The notes below the pieces were generated by a model. That model was not told the origin of the DNA, searched no databases, and saw nothing but the letters and a program-made list of their open reading frames with translations. The translations under genes and the position numbers were made by a program. A stretch of 64,000 nucleotides of DNA, from positions 1 through 64,000 of the forward strand of contig MCFE01000329.1 in the NCBI GenBank assembly GCA_002104905.1. The letters are read 5' to 3'. The stretch's first letter is position 1, and each line of letters opens with the position of its first letter. This stretch comes from Basidiobolus meristosporus CBS 931.73 (taxonomy: Eukaryota; Fungi; Basidiobolomycota). Shown piece after piece: positions 24,466 through 35,743 of this stretch.

Positions 24466-25659
24466 CTAACTCGCTTCTCCAGGATCGATTTTGTTTACGG
24501 AGCATGGGGAGTCACCATAGTACCATTGCTGGTTGTCACTTGCGAGGGGATCGCGGGCAAGTACCTGATACCATTTGGCGGCAGAGTGGGGTGCGGCCTG
24601 TGTTGCTCGAGGGATGTTTTCCACAGAGCCAAATAGTTGGCAAACCATAGGGTTCTGGGTAAGTTCCTTGGGAGGGTCGGAGAACGAGAAAAGGTGCAAT
24701 AGCGCAATAAAGTCTTGCTTCTTTATCTTGCAAACGTTAGCGGGGCTTGTCCTTTTTGTGTTCAATATGACGGCAGGGGACCTTTTGAAGAGGGCGTACA
24801 CTTGGTTGGCAGTCACCCGTTGTCGATAACAAGTTTTTGCTTCTTCCAAGACGTATTGTAGTTCTTCCGTAGAAACTGTGGCGCGATCAAGGTGCTTTTG
24901 TACTTGCCTCATGGTTTCTACAGAATCTGCGGCGGTTTCTTTGGCTTCTTGGAGTTGGACTTTGTACTGATTCCTGAGTTGTCCTATGGTAAACCACTGT
25001 AATACTTGTAACACAGCAACTTGGTGGATTGCATGGGTTAACTGGCCGGTGTATTCAATCCGTTCGCGTATCTTCTCTAAGATGGTTCCTTCTTGGAAAT
25101 GTGGTTTGAGATGTTCGCAAATTTCTCGGAGGAGTCCTTTGATTGGGAGTTCTACTTCTGGTGCTCTTGCAGCTCGTACCAGGTCTGCGTATACCTCAAC
25201 AACCGTGGTACCTATTAATGGCAAGTATGCAACAAAACAGGGGGGCTCTTGAGGTCTCGTGAGGGTGCGACAGTTGATTCCTTGTGTCTTCTGTCTGACT
25301 GTGTCCAGTATGGATACGGGAATCAGCGCGGCGTCCTTCTCCTTAATGATCAAGGAACCTCCTCTTAGGTGGTACACGGTCTTCTTGGGTAGTATCTCCA
25401 TGCTTTGTATCGGCGTGGGTAACTTGTCTTGTCCCTCTCTGATTGTGTCTTGTATTAGCGTGACTGCTCCGGCAAACAACTCTTCATAGGTGGCTCTCAT
25501 TGTACGTAACGCTTGTACCATATCTCTTAACACTTGCAGGTCGGTTTTGTTTTCAATATCATCTTGGTTCTTGCTAGTGGGAGGGGTATCGCCAGTTTTG
25601 GGTGAACTGTTTCCTTTGGTGCTTTCCATATGCATTCTTTTGTTCTCCCCTTTGGGCAA
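24466..25659 (-). CDS. Gypsy-D ORF3, hypothetical ~390-aa protein with a predicted coiled-coil segment
   Basis: 397 uninterrupted codons between the integrase stop (25765) and the 3' LTR, same sense as pol. First in-frame ATG is about 8 codons in (MHMESTKG). No family motif recognised. Confidence 0.7.
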   Translation of the reverse strand: MPKGENKRMHMESTKGNSSPKTGDTPPTSKNQDDIENKTDLQVLRDMVQALRTMRATYEELFAGAVTLIQDTIREGQDKLPTPIQSMEILPKKTVYHLRGGSLIIKEKDAALIPVSILDTVRQKTQGINCRTLTRPQEPPCFVAYLPLIGTTVVEVYADLVRAARAPEVELPIKGLLREICEHLKPHFQEGTILEKIRERIEYTGQLTHAIHQVAVLQVLQWFTIGQLRNQYKVQLQEAKETAADSVETMRQVQKHLDRATVSTEELQYVLEEAKTCYRQRVTANQVYALFKRSPAVILNTKRTSPANVCKIKKQDFIALLHLFSFSDPPKELTQNPMVCQLFGSVENIPRATQAAPHSAAKWYQVLARDPLASDNQQWYYGDSPCSVNKIDPGEAS

Positions 25660-25764
25660 ACTCCCTTGCGCATATTATTGGTACCTATATCGACTAAAAT
25701 CTCCTCTAATAAACTTCAAATGTATCCTGTGTCTTCCTCTATCCTTGTCCTGATAATCGTTTAA

Positions 25765-28700
25765 TCACACTTCGGTCTCAGTGATGATTGGTGGATCATC
25801 ATGAAACGGTTTCAGATGGGCTGGCGCTACGTTGCTGATTGTCTTATTATTCAGGGTGATGGTGTACTTTGGTCCGTGGTCCGAACTGATAACGGTGCAT
25901 GGGCCAATCCATTGGGGTGTATATAGTGGGCGGAACTTGAGGCCTGCAACGGTTTGGTCGTACCACACCTTATAGCCTGGTTTCCACTTTTGTCTTGTTA
26001 GTTTCTCATTTTTAGGTGGAGGGGGAAGGTGCTTGTTGACATTTTCGAATACTTTTATGTATAGGTGGGCAATACGGTGTATCAACCTTTCTATATAGTC
26101 GTTATGTGTTGTCAGGGGGACACCTTCCATCGTCAATCCAGCTTCCTCCCGCCACTTGGGTCTTTGTCCATATAGGATTTCATATGGGGAGAAACCCGTC
26201 GTTTTATTTGATGTGGTGCGCATTGCTAGGAGTGTCAGTGGGAGCAGCTCGGCCCATGATTGGGGAAGTTCCCAGTGAAGCTTCTCCAGTATGCGGCAAC
26301 ATGTCTGGTTCATCCTCTTGGTTAATCCGTTAGTCTGGGGGTGATATGCGGCCGTGAAGACTTGTTTCACGCCCATCATTTTGCACAGGGGGGCCACGGT
26401 GTTGTTCAGGAAGGAACCACCATTGTCGGACAGGAGTATCTGAGGATATCTGTGTTGGCAGATGAGGTGTTCTAGAATGAATTGGGCGGTTGTATTCTGA
26501 TCTTTATTGCGGACGGCTTGGGCTTCTACCCACTTTGAGAAATAATTGGTAGCGATTATTATGTATTGTTCTCCTTTCTTTGTTTTCATAAAGGGGCCAA
26601 CAAAGTCAATCCCTACTTGGTGGAAGGGCAGGTCAACCAGTATTGGTGCGGTTGTCCCTATCTTCTGACTCCGGTTGAATCTTTTGCAAGTGGTGCATCT
26701 TTGTAACGTATTTGTAACGTCGGTCATCATTTTTTGCCAATAAAACGTTTTTCTTAACATCTTATATGTCGTTAGGGGGTTAGCGTGTCCTAATGACATA
26801 TGTCTTTCTTGTATGATTTCTTCATGGGCTGCTAGTGGGGGTACCTCGGCTCTGGACTGTCCTTGGAGGAACCATAGTTGATTTTCTTGTACTTCGTACT
26901 GACACCATTTCCTTCAAAATTCTCTCTTCTGTTTGTTTGTAACGACGTGTTTGGGATACCTCCCTTTCTTTTTAAAGCAGATTACGTCCTCGTACTCATC
27001 ACTGACACATATTTGGCAAACGGGATAGCGACTGAGGAAGTCTGCGTCCTGGTGTTTCTTGCCAGCGCGGTGAATTATTTCAAAGTTGTATTGCTGTAGT
27101 CGTAGGGCCCAACATGCTAGTTGGCCGGTAAAGTCTTTAGTTTTCATTAGCCAGACCAGTGCGCTGTGGTCCGTTACTATTGTGAATCGGCAACCATGTA
27201 TGTATGTATGGAATTGTTTAATTGAATAAACAACAGCCAGACATTCTATCTCAGTAACAGGGTAGTGGCGTGTGTGTTTGTTTAGCAAACGGCTCACGTA
27301 ACCAATCGGGTGGAATTTGCCGGGTTGGTGGTATTGTCCCAGTACGGCGCCTATACCGGTGAGGCTTCCATCACAGTTAATAAAAAATCTTGCATCCCAA
27401 TTGGGAAATTGTAACACTGGCAGTGACGTCAGGGAATGTTTCAGCTGATCAAATGCTCTCTTTTGAGGCCCGACCATACAAAACACTGGCCCTTTCGCGT
27501 CAATTTGTATAGGGGGGCTGCTATTGTCGCGAAGTTTTTGACAAAGCAGCAATAGTAGCCGGCTAATCCTAGGAATCCCAACACTGCATTAATGTCCTTT
27601 GGTGCAGGTGCATTTTGAACGGCTTTCAGGAGTGACGTAGATGGGTATATTCCATCTGCCAAGATCTCGTGGCCCAGGAACAACAATTTTGTATACAGGA
27701 AATGGCACTTCTTGGGATGTAGTTTGAGTTGGTTCTCAAGGAGGGATGTCAGGATATGTTGCACGTTGTGTATATGTTCTTCTACATCGGGGGAATATAT
27801 TGTGATGGCGTCCAGATACACAAGGGTGCATTCCCATCGTAGATTTCCTAGCACCTTGTTGATCATCCTTTGGAATGTAGCGGGGGCATTGCACAAGCCA
27901 AAGGGTAGTCGGTTCCATTTGTATAATCCAAACGATGTTATAAAAGCGGTTTTGGGTCAATCTTCCGGGGCTACTTCTACTTGCCAATACCCGGAGATTA
28001 AGTCAAGAGAGCTAAAATATTTAGCTTCGATTAATCTGTCCAAGAGGTCGTCTATTTGCGGTAGCGGATACATGTCCTTCCGGGTGACGGCGTTCAATTT
28101 CCGGTAGTCAATGCAACAGCGTCGCTTTCCGTCTTTCTTTGGGACTATCACTACGGGGGAGGCCCACGGAGACTGGCTCTCTGTAATGATGTCGTCTTTT
28201 AATAAAGTCTCAATTGTCTCTTTGATATAGTCTGTGTCAATTTTTGAATTCCTATAGGCTTTTTGCTTGATGGGGTATTTGTTGGCGAGGTGGATTTGGT
28301 GATATACCCCAGGTATATGACCAATTACTTGGTTCTTAGAGAATACTTGGGCAAGCGGACGTATTCCTTCTAGGAATTTGTCTCGTAACGTAGGCGGTAG
28401 ACCGGAGTCCACATCTAGTTTGGGGAGTTCTTCTTCTGGTTCTTTGTTTGGAGGTGGTCCTTGGTCGTTTCCGTTGACTTCCTCTAAGTTTAACAATGGC
28501 ACTCCTCTAGGCAATGTCACCGTGTGTCCCCCGTTGTTAACCACTAAGCATTTCAGGCTTTGCGTTTCAAATTTTGGTGGTATCCATACTTTAGGGATCA
28601 AGATTCCTTCCAGTTGCTTGGATGCTTTTGCTGCGGTTATCATTCTTCCGCTCGTTGAATAAGCTATTGGTGTTTCTAATGAGATCACCGTCTCACTGGC

Positions 28701-29465
28701 GGGTGGTATTTTTATCACCTTTCGTGTGATGATTGGAGACTGTGACGGTTTCACCTCTTCTATTGTCACACTGTTGCTACGCGCCTCGCTCTCATCGGTG
28801 ATATGAATAAGTGGGATACTCTTGGTATCCCACCTGAGTTCAGATGCACTGTAAAGTATATCCATCTTATGTTGGATAAACCAACTCTTGCCAATGAGTA
28901 AGTCGTTGGCTGCGACGGGTAGGACCACGACATCTTGGCATATTATCAAGTTGCCTAGCAGAATGGGGCAATTAGGCACCACACCTACCGTTGTATCCAG
29001 TTGGTCATTTGCTAGCCATACTTGAATGGTGTCGTTGGGGACTATATTTAGTTTTAGACGTTTTGCTAATGACTCTGACATGATCTACGTAGAGGATCCT
29101 GTGTCAATAAGGGCAAGAATCTCCTTATTCTCTATACGTACCTTTACGTATGTACCTTTATTTGGTTTTTGCAGGACCGTCTGGTTGACATGGAGGGTCG
29201 TTATCTCCTTCAATCCCTCTATCAGTTCCTTGACTAGAGCCGGGGCCAGTCCCAGTAAATTGGTTATTGGGAGGGTTGCCTTGGTTTGCTCTAGTACCTT
29301 CATTATGGGGAATAGGCCATGGGAAGACGTGCTAGTGTTCTTCGTTTGCTTTAACACTTCTTCCCAAGGTTCATTCCGTACTTCTTCACCTAATTCCGCG
29401 CTCTTTCCTTTTGACAGAACCTCTACTACAGGTTCCTTTGCCTCCTCTCTAGAAGCATCATGTCA
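25765..29465 (-). pseudogene. Gypsy-D pol (PR-RT-RH-IN) with premature stops and one frameshift
   Basis: LIDTGSS protease; KKDGKRRCCIDYRKLN and VYLDAITIYS RT; CDGSLTGIGAVL RNase H; VGIDFVGP, SDNGGSF and YHPQTNG integrase. Stops at 29463-65, 29085-87, 27957-59 and 26914-16; frameshift near 27470. Confidence 0.92.
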
Positions 29466-29506
29466 ACACTTCTTCTTCCGCACTTTGATTGTCCTGACCG
29501 GAGGGC

Positions 29507-30379
29507 TTAGATTGACTGAGTCCTGTTGGCCTCCTGGCAAGGGACTCTGTCTTTTGACGCCTTCTTCTCTATTGTGTCTGGTACAGCTTCTCTTCCGTAC
29601 CATTTTTCACATTCATGGGCCCGGTGACCTACTTCTCCACACACATAACATGGATACTGTCGTTGCGGTTGTTCCATCTGTTGAGTCAGGACTTGAACCT
29701 GGGCCTTTAGATCTACGACAGCTTCCCAGAGTTTATCACCTTCTTTGGGGACTTCTTGGACATTGTTGATCAAGAGTTCTTGGACCTTTTGCTGTAATTC
29801 CTCTAACTCATGGTCTTTCGGGGAGGCAATTTTTCCTTTCTTGCAGGGGATCCCTGTCCTTCGATCATTTGTATCACTATAGGGTAGCCCCCATAGCAAG
29901 ATGACCCCTCGTACTTGTTTGACCAACTCTTGCAACGTTTTACATCCCTGTTGTTCTTTGGACGCCCTACGTCTTATTTTGTCGTCTAAGCCCATGATGT
30001 AATACCTCATGAGCTGTTGTTCGGCAATTTTGTCCTTCGGGAGACATTGAACTTGTTGGAGAAACAGTTCAGTGTAGGCTTCATAGCTTTCACTGCTTTT
30101 CTTCCGCGAGGACAGTAGAAGGGCTTCGTAGTGGTATCCTTTGGCATATAGAAAGCGTGTCTTGTAGGCTTCTTCTAGTGCATCCCAGTTGTCTTTGACT
30201 GCGTCTTCCAACCCATAATGCCATTGCCATGCTGACCCTTCCATATGTCTTGCAAACTCTCTTACTTTCTTATCGTTGTCCCATCCTGCATCAACCGCAA
30301 CTCTCTCAAACTTATCAAACCACTCAAGGGCTTTCTCTCTCTTTCCCTTGTATGTCTTTAGTTTGATTGTAGTAGTCAT
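29507..30379 (-). CDS. Gypsy-D gag
   Basis: Retrotrans_gag-like EWFDKFE...GSAWQW and CCHC knuckle CYVCGEVGHRAHEC. Starts just after the PBS. Confidence 0.88.
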   Translation of the reverse strand: MTTTIKLKTYKGKREKALEWFDKFERVAVDAGWDNDKKVREFARHMEGSAWQWHYGLEDAVKDNWDALEEAYKTRFLYAKGYHYEALLLSSRKKSSESYEAYTELFLQQVQCLPKDKIAEQQLMRYYIMGLDDKIRRRASKEQQGCKTLQELVKQVRGVILLWGLPYSDTNDRRTGIPCKKGKIASPKDHELEELQQKVQELLINNVQEVPKEGDKLWEAVVDLKAQVQVLTQQMEQPQRQYPCYVCGEVGHRAHECEKWYGREAVPDTIEKKASKDRVPCQEANRTQSI

Positions 30380-31305
30380 TACCTCACTTGTGCTTATTTC
30401 CGCAGAGACGGCACCAAATATGTGGGTTATTAGTGACTGTACTTGGTGAGTGGGAGAGCTTGTAGGTCAAGTCAGTACCACTTGGTTCAGAATAGCTTCT
30501 GATAGAAGGTAGCAAGGTAATAAAGACTTCTGTTTATTTCGTCCAAATCTCGTTGTACTTCCTGGTTCAATTGGGTAGATATATATATCACTTGGGGGGC
30601 TTAGACAATAGACAATGTGTTATAAAATAGGGGTGTGAACACCTTCCTGTTATGGTAAGTGTTCTAACTAGATAAGGGCAGGGATAGCAGTGGAGGACAC
30701 GTGGGGGAATCATAGGGAGGGTACTGGAGGACTTCGGGTAGGACTCTGGAGGGAACTCTTGGGAGAACTCTTGGGTGAAGAGTGGGTACTACATTGAGTA
30801 CTCACACTGTGAAGCCTGCATATATAGGAAATTGCCAGACAACTGCTCAAGAATCCTGGGTTAATCATAAGTAGGAAGAAATTAGATCTAGTTTACTTGG
30901 ATCTGTGTGAACAAATGCAAAATTATTTATGAAGTAGAAAGAAGCATTTGATCACTTTTATTGATGGTTATACAACATACACAGGGGTCTACCTCATGGC
31001 AAGAAGGGAAGAAGCTTTGTCTAAGCTTGGGGAGTCAAAAGCCATGGTGGAGAGAGAAACTGGTGAGAAAATCAAGAAAATTTGCTCTGACAATGGTGAG
31101 GAATATACCTCAAAGCTCTTCATTCATTTCTGTAAGATTCATGGGATAGTGCAAGACACCACTGTCCCATACTCTCCACAGCAATGTGGAGTGGTGGAAC
31201 ATGCAAACAGATCAATAATCAATGTGGCAAGATCCATGTTCTGTGACCTTTAATGAATATATGATTTTGGATGGAATCAGTAGCTACAGCTGTGTATCTC
31301 AGAAA

Positions 31306-33013
31306 TATTGTAAGAGTCTTGGAGATATTGGAAGTGATTGGGAGAACAACTAGATTATGATGTTTTCACTCAATGATTTATTGAATGTAAAAGTAGTATT
31401 TACACTTTTACATGGTCTTGGCATTACAGGCACATGGAATAGGTCTAGGAAGGTGCCAAGAATATGTGTGCAAAGCTTGGGGCTGCTTCAACAACTTATC
31501 TAATTTTCATGTTTGGTTACCTGATATTTCAGTGAAAATATTCCAAGTAAATTTCAACAAGGATGTTGGTCAGTATTCTCTGGGATTTGAAGGTAACAAT
31601 CTAAGTGACTAAGTTAGGTGAGTATTTAGGTGTAATTAAGAATTTTTACAACCCTCCCACTCAACAAAATGTTCATACTAACTAGTCCTAATTTTGACCC
31701 AAGATATTCATGCTTGTCTCTAGCTAATGGGTTGGTAAATATGTCTGCAATCATTTCATCTGTAGGACAGTAGGCTAAGTTAACTAAGCTATTCTCTATT
31801 GCTTCACATATAAAATGATGTCTAATATCTGTGTGCTTAGTTCTAGCATGAAAAGTTGGATTTCTACCTAATTGTAGGTATCTTTGATTATCTTGAAATA
31901 AAGTAATATGCATTTTTGGATGTAAGCCTAAGTCTTTAAAAAGCTTCCTTAGCCACATTGCTTCTTTTGTAGCTTCACAGGCTGCCATATACTCTGCCTC
32001 TATGGTAGCAAGTGCTACAATTGGTTGCTTTGTTGAATTTTGTGAAATTGCTCCTTTACAGTAAACAAAGGTGCATCCTGTTGTGGACCATCTGTCTTTG
32101 CAACTTCATCTCCAATCAATATCACAGTATCCCGCAAGATCCTGCTCAACTTTTTATATACATATCCTAAAAGCCTCTTTCTTGTAGCCACATTTTCATC
32201 CTCTCCTTCCACACTCAATAGTCAGATCCATTCAGCTTTTCCAATGGAGGGAAAAATTCCAGTAGCTGCAGTAGTAGACATCACAGAGAGCAACAGCTTG
32301 GGTCTCATAACCTGTTGTAAGAGTCTTGGAGATATTGGAAGTGATTTGGAGATCAAGTGGACAATATGGCACTTATTTAATGATTTATTGAATGTAAAAA
32401 TGGTATTATTACTTTTTCCTGGTCTTGGCATAACTGTTGTAAAAATTTGTAATTCCACCTAAATATTCACCAAATTTAGTCACTTAGATCATTACCCCCA
32501 AATCCTAGAGAATACTGACCAAATTCCTTGTTGGGATTTACTTAGAATATTTTCACCAAAATACCAGGTACCCAGAACATGAAAATTCACAAAGTTGTCC
32601 AAACAGCCCCAAACTTTGCACACATGTTCTTGGGACCTTCCTTAATCTATTCTACATGCTTGTAATGCCAAGACCAGGTAAAAGTATAAAAACTACTTTT
32701 ACATTCAATAAATCATCAAGTGAAAACCACATAACCTACTTGTTCTCACAATTACTTCCAATGTCTCCAAGACTCTTACAACAATAACAAGCATGAAGAA
32801 TAGATCTAGGAAGGTCTCAAACATATGTATGCAAGGTTTGGGGCAGTATGGACAACTCTGAGAATCATCATATTTTGGATACCTGATATTTGGAGAAAAT
32901 ATTCTTAGTAAATCCTAACAAGGATTTTAGTCAGTATTCTCTGAGACTTGAAGGTAATGATATAAGTGATTAAGTCAGGTGAATATTCAGGTGGAAATAC
33001 AAATTTTACAACA
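31306..33013 (-). mobile_element. Internally deleted Copia-C element (two LTRs, PBS, gag start, RNase H end, PPT)
   Basis: 3' LTR 31306-31653 followed by PPT complement ctcccactc. RNase H ORF 31626-31988. PBS cttgggtctcataacc before the 5' LTR at 32313. Flanks AGAAA/AAAAA. Confidence 0.8.
32435..32783 (+). repeat. Solo Copia-C LTR inserted antisense inside another Copia-C LTR
   Basis: Reverse complement of the C LTR, 349 bp, with perfect TSD ATAAC at 32430-32434 and 32784-32788. Confidence 0.9.
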
Positions 33014-34022
33014 AAAAATAGGGGCTTTAGCAGAATACTTTGTGATCCTACTCCATTTGTGGTATGGTATAGATACAGATCAAGTGCAGAGCATCTAAAA
33101 ATACTTGGGAGAACAGCACATGCCAAGAAACTGTCCCAACATCAGTCAAAATATGAGCCAAAAAGTGCTAAATGCATATTTTTGGGCTACTGCAAGGAAA
33201 GTAAAGCATACAGACTCTGCAATACCAAAGCAAGGAAGCTGATCAAGTCCAGGGATATGCTATTTGAAGAAAATTCTAAACCTGTACAAAGAATGATGTC
33301 AGATAATGACAAAAATATATACTCACATCCACTAATTGTTAGGAATGAGTCAGAGCAATGCAATGAAAAACCTTCTCACTCCAGTGGACTCAAAAGTTGC
33401 AGTTCAGCTTGGATCTGTGCCCAGGAATACCCCAGAAGTCATCATTGCTGTATTACAAGCCAGGAGATCCAACCATATCAGGAATAGCCCAAATAACCAT
33501 ATCATTGAGGGTACAAACTTAGCCTATGCTGTTTCAGTTCATGTGGATGGGCCCCAGAATGTTAAAGAGGCCCTAATCAGCGCTCAGACAAAATTCTGGA
33601 GATTTGCAATGACTGGGGAGTATCAGGCCCTGATTGAAGATCAAACTTGGGACTTGGTCAAATTACTAATCAAACAAAATGCAAATATAAGTTCTCATTC
33701 ATCAAATGGATGTAAAAACTGCATCTTTGAATGGAGAGCTTGATCATGGCATATATTTGATCCCACCTGAATGGCTCACTGAGCAAGATAGCCCCATTTG
33801 GTCTACAAGCTTAGAAAATATCTATATGATCTCAAACAGTTGCCAAGAGCCTGGATTTGCAAGATTGATTCTTATTTTACATTTGTTGAGTTTTCAAGGA
33901 GTACTACTGACTATGGTACTCACTATAAGCTGGATAGAGCAAGTCCAGCTCTATTAGCTCTATATGCGGATTATCTTATTGTAGCCACAAGCAACCAAGA
34001 AACCTGTAAAGGGACTAAATTC

Positions 34023-35530
34023 TGTTGCAATATACTGAGGAGTATTGGAAGTGATGTGGAGAACTAGAAGAATTGTATGTGATTCACTTGTAGATTTATT
34101 GATCAAAAGTATGGCATTGATACTTTTGATAAAGTAGAGCAAGCAAACATGTCAAGTGTGCTAAGGAAGGTCCCAAGAATATGTGTGCAAAGTTTGGGGG
34201 CTTTTGGACAACTTTGAGAAAGATCATAATCTGGATACCTGATAATTTGGTGAAAATATTCCAAGTAAATCTCAACAAGGATGTTAGTCAGTATTCTCTG
34301 AGATTTGAAGGTAATAATATAAGTGACAAAGTTAGGTGACCATTTAGGTGGTACTACAAACTTTCACAACACTCCCACTCAGTTGAATGTTCAAACTTAC
34401 AAGTCCCAATTTTGACCCAGATATTCAGATTTGTATCTAGCTATTGGTTTGGTCAATGTGTCTGCAATCATTTCATCTGTAGGACAGTACGCTGAGTTAA
34501 CCATGTTATTCTCTATAGATTCATGTATGAAATGTTACCTAATATCTATGTACTTAGTTCTAGCATAATTAGTTGGATTTCTGCCGTATTGTATATATCC
34601 TGCATTATTTTGAAATTAAGTAGTTGGCATTTTCTGATATCGGCCTAAATCTTTGAGTTGCTTTTGTAATCACATTGCTTTTTTTGTAGCTTTAAAGGCT
34701 GCCATATACTCTGCCTCTGTGGTGAAAAGTGCTGCGGTTGGTTGCTTTCTTGAATTCCATGAAATTGCTTCCTTACAGTAAAGAAAGGTGTATCCTGTGG
34801 TGGATCTTCTGTCTTCTAAATTCTGTCCCCAGTCAGCATCAGAGAATCCCACAAGATCATGCTCTGATCCTTATAGTAGTACCTTAAGGAGATATGAGCA
34901 GCTCTGTTTAGGTATCTAAAAATCCACTTAACTGCTATAATATGATCAGATCCATAGTTCTGATTGTGCTGGCTGACAACTCCTACTGAATATGAGATAT
35001 CTGGATATGATCCAAGCATGATATACACCAGACTGCCAACCATAGATTGATAAGGAAAGTCAGGGCCATCAGATGGCACTGAGCTCTCTTCACTTTGCTA
35101 AGTTTTGACCAAGTTAAGGTTGTCTCCATTGGGGTAGCTGCTGGTTTACAGACTTCCATGTGGTACTTCTTTAGTATATCTGAGTATACTTGACCTGACT
35201 TAGGGTGATAGTATGAGTACTTCTGTCTATGGAGAACTTAATCCCTAATTAGCAACTAAGTTCTCCTAAATCAGACATCTTGAACTCCTTAGATAGGCTG
35301 GATTTAGTGTCTTCCAATGTTTCTAGGTTATTGGCAGCTATAATAAGATCATCCACATATAGAGCTAATAGAGCTGGATTTGCTTTCTCTGGCTTACAGT
35401 ATATACTATAGTCAGCATTACTTCTTTTGAAACTCAAAGATTCCAAATAAGAATCTATCTTGCAATTCCAGGCTCTAGGTGATTGTGTGAGACCATATAT
35501 TGACTTTTTAAGCTTGCAGACCAAATGGGG
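34023..35530 (-). mobile_element. 5'-truncated Copia-C-related element (3' LTR 34023-34371, PPT, RNase H, partial RT)
   Basis: LTR ends cacaaca followed by ctcccactc. ORFs 34670-34852 (GFSDADWG..STTGYTF), 34816-35079 and 35249-35524 (LYVDDL). Confidence 0.8.
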
Positions 35531-35743
35531 GTTATCTTGGTCTTTATCCTTAAGTAGTAACTGAGTGCTTCTAAATTGGACACCTCAAACTCCTTGGGTA
35601 GGCTGTATTTGTTGTAATTATAAGTTGTCACCAAAATATTCATGCTAACTTAGTCACATAGATCTTATTGTTTGATTAGCATTGTGTCCTGACCAAATTT
35701 CATATAATTGCTAAATTACTTGTTGGGACTTACTTGGAATATT

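Larger units (their letters stand above)
24036..30806 (-). mobile_element. Full-length Ty3/gypsy LTR retrotransposon, family D, with an extra 3' ORF
   Basis: 386-bp LTRs at 24036-24421 and 30421-30806 (about 13 differences). Perfect TSD CTGTG. PBS TGGTGCCGTCTC at 30405-30416. Order gag-PR-RT-RH-IN-ORF3. Confidence 0.95.
23250..34022 (+). mobile_element. Plus-strand Copia-C pol relic hosting Gypsy-D and a deleted Copia-C insertion
   Basis: Pieces 23660-24035, 30807-31305 and 33014-34022 rejoin as NLEY|CEAC and VYLRN|RGFSRILCD, collinear with 39400-37700 of the intact copy. Confidence 0.8.

Noticed and set aside
24466-25659. Calling ORF3 an envelope protein
   Set aside because: No signal peptide, furin site plus fusion peptide, or transmembrane anchor is visible.
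13440-25800. Chromodomain at the integrase C-terminus of Gypsy-A or Gypsy-D
   Set aside because: Both integrases end shortly after the GPY/F-like region with no chromodomain pattern.
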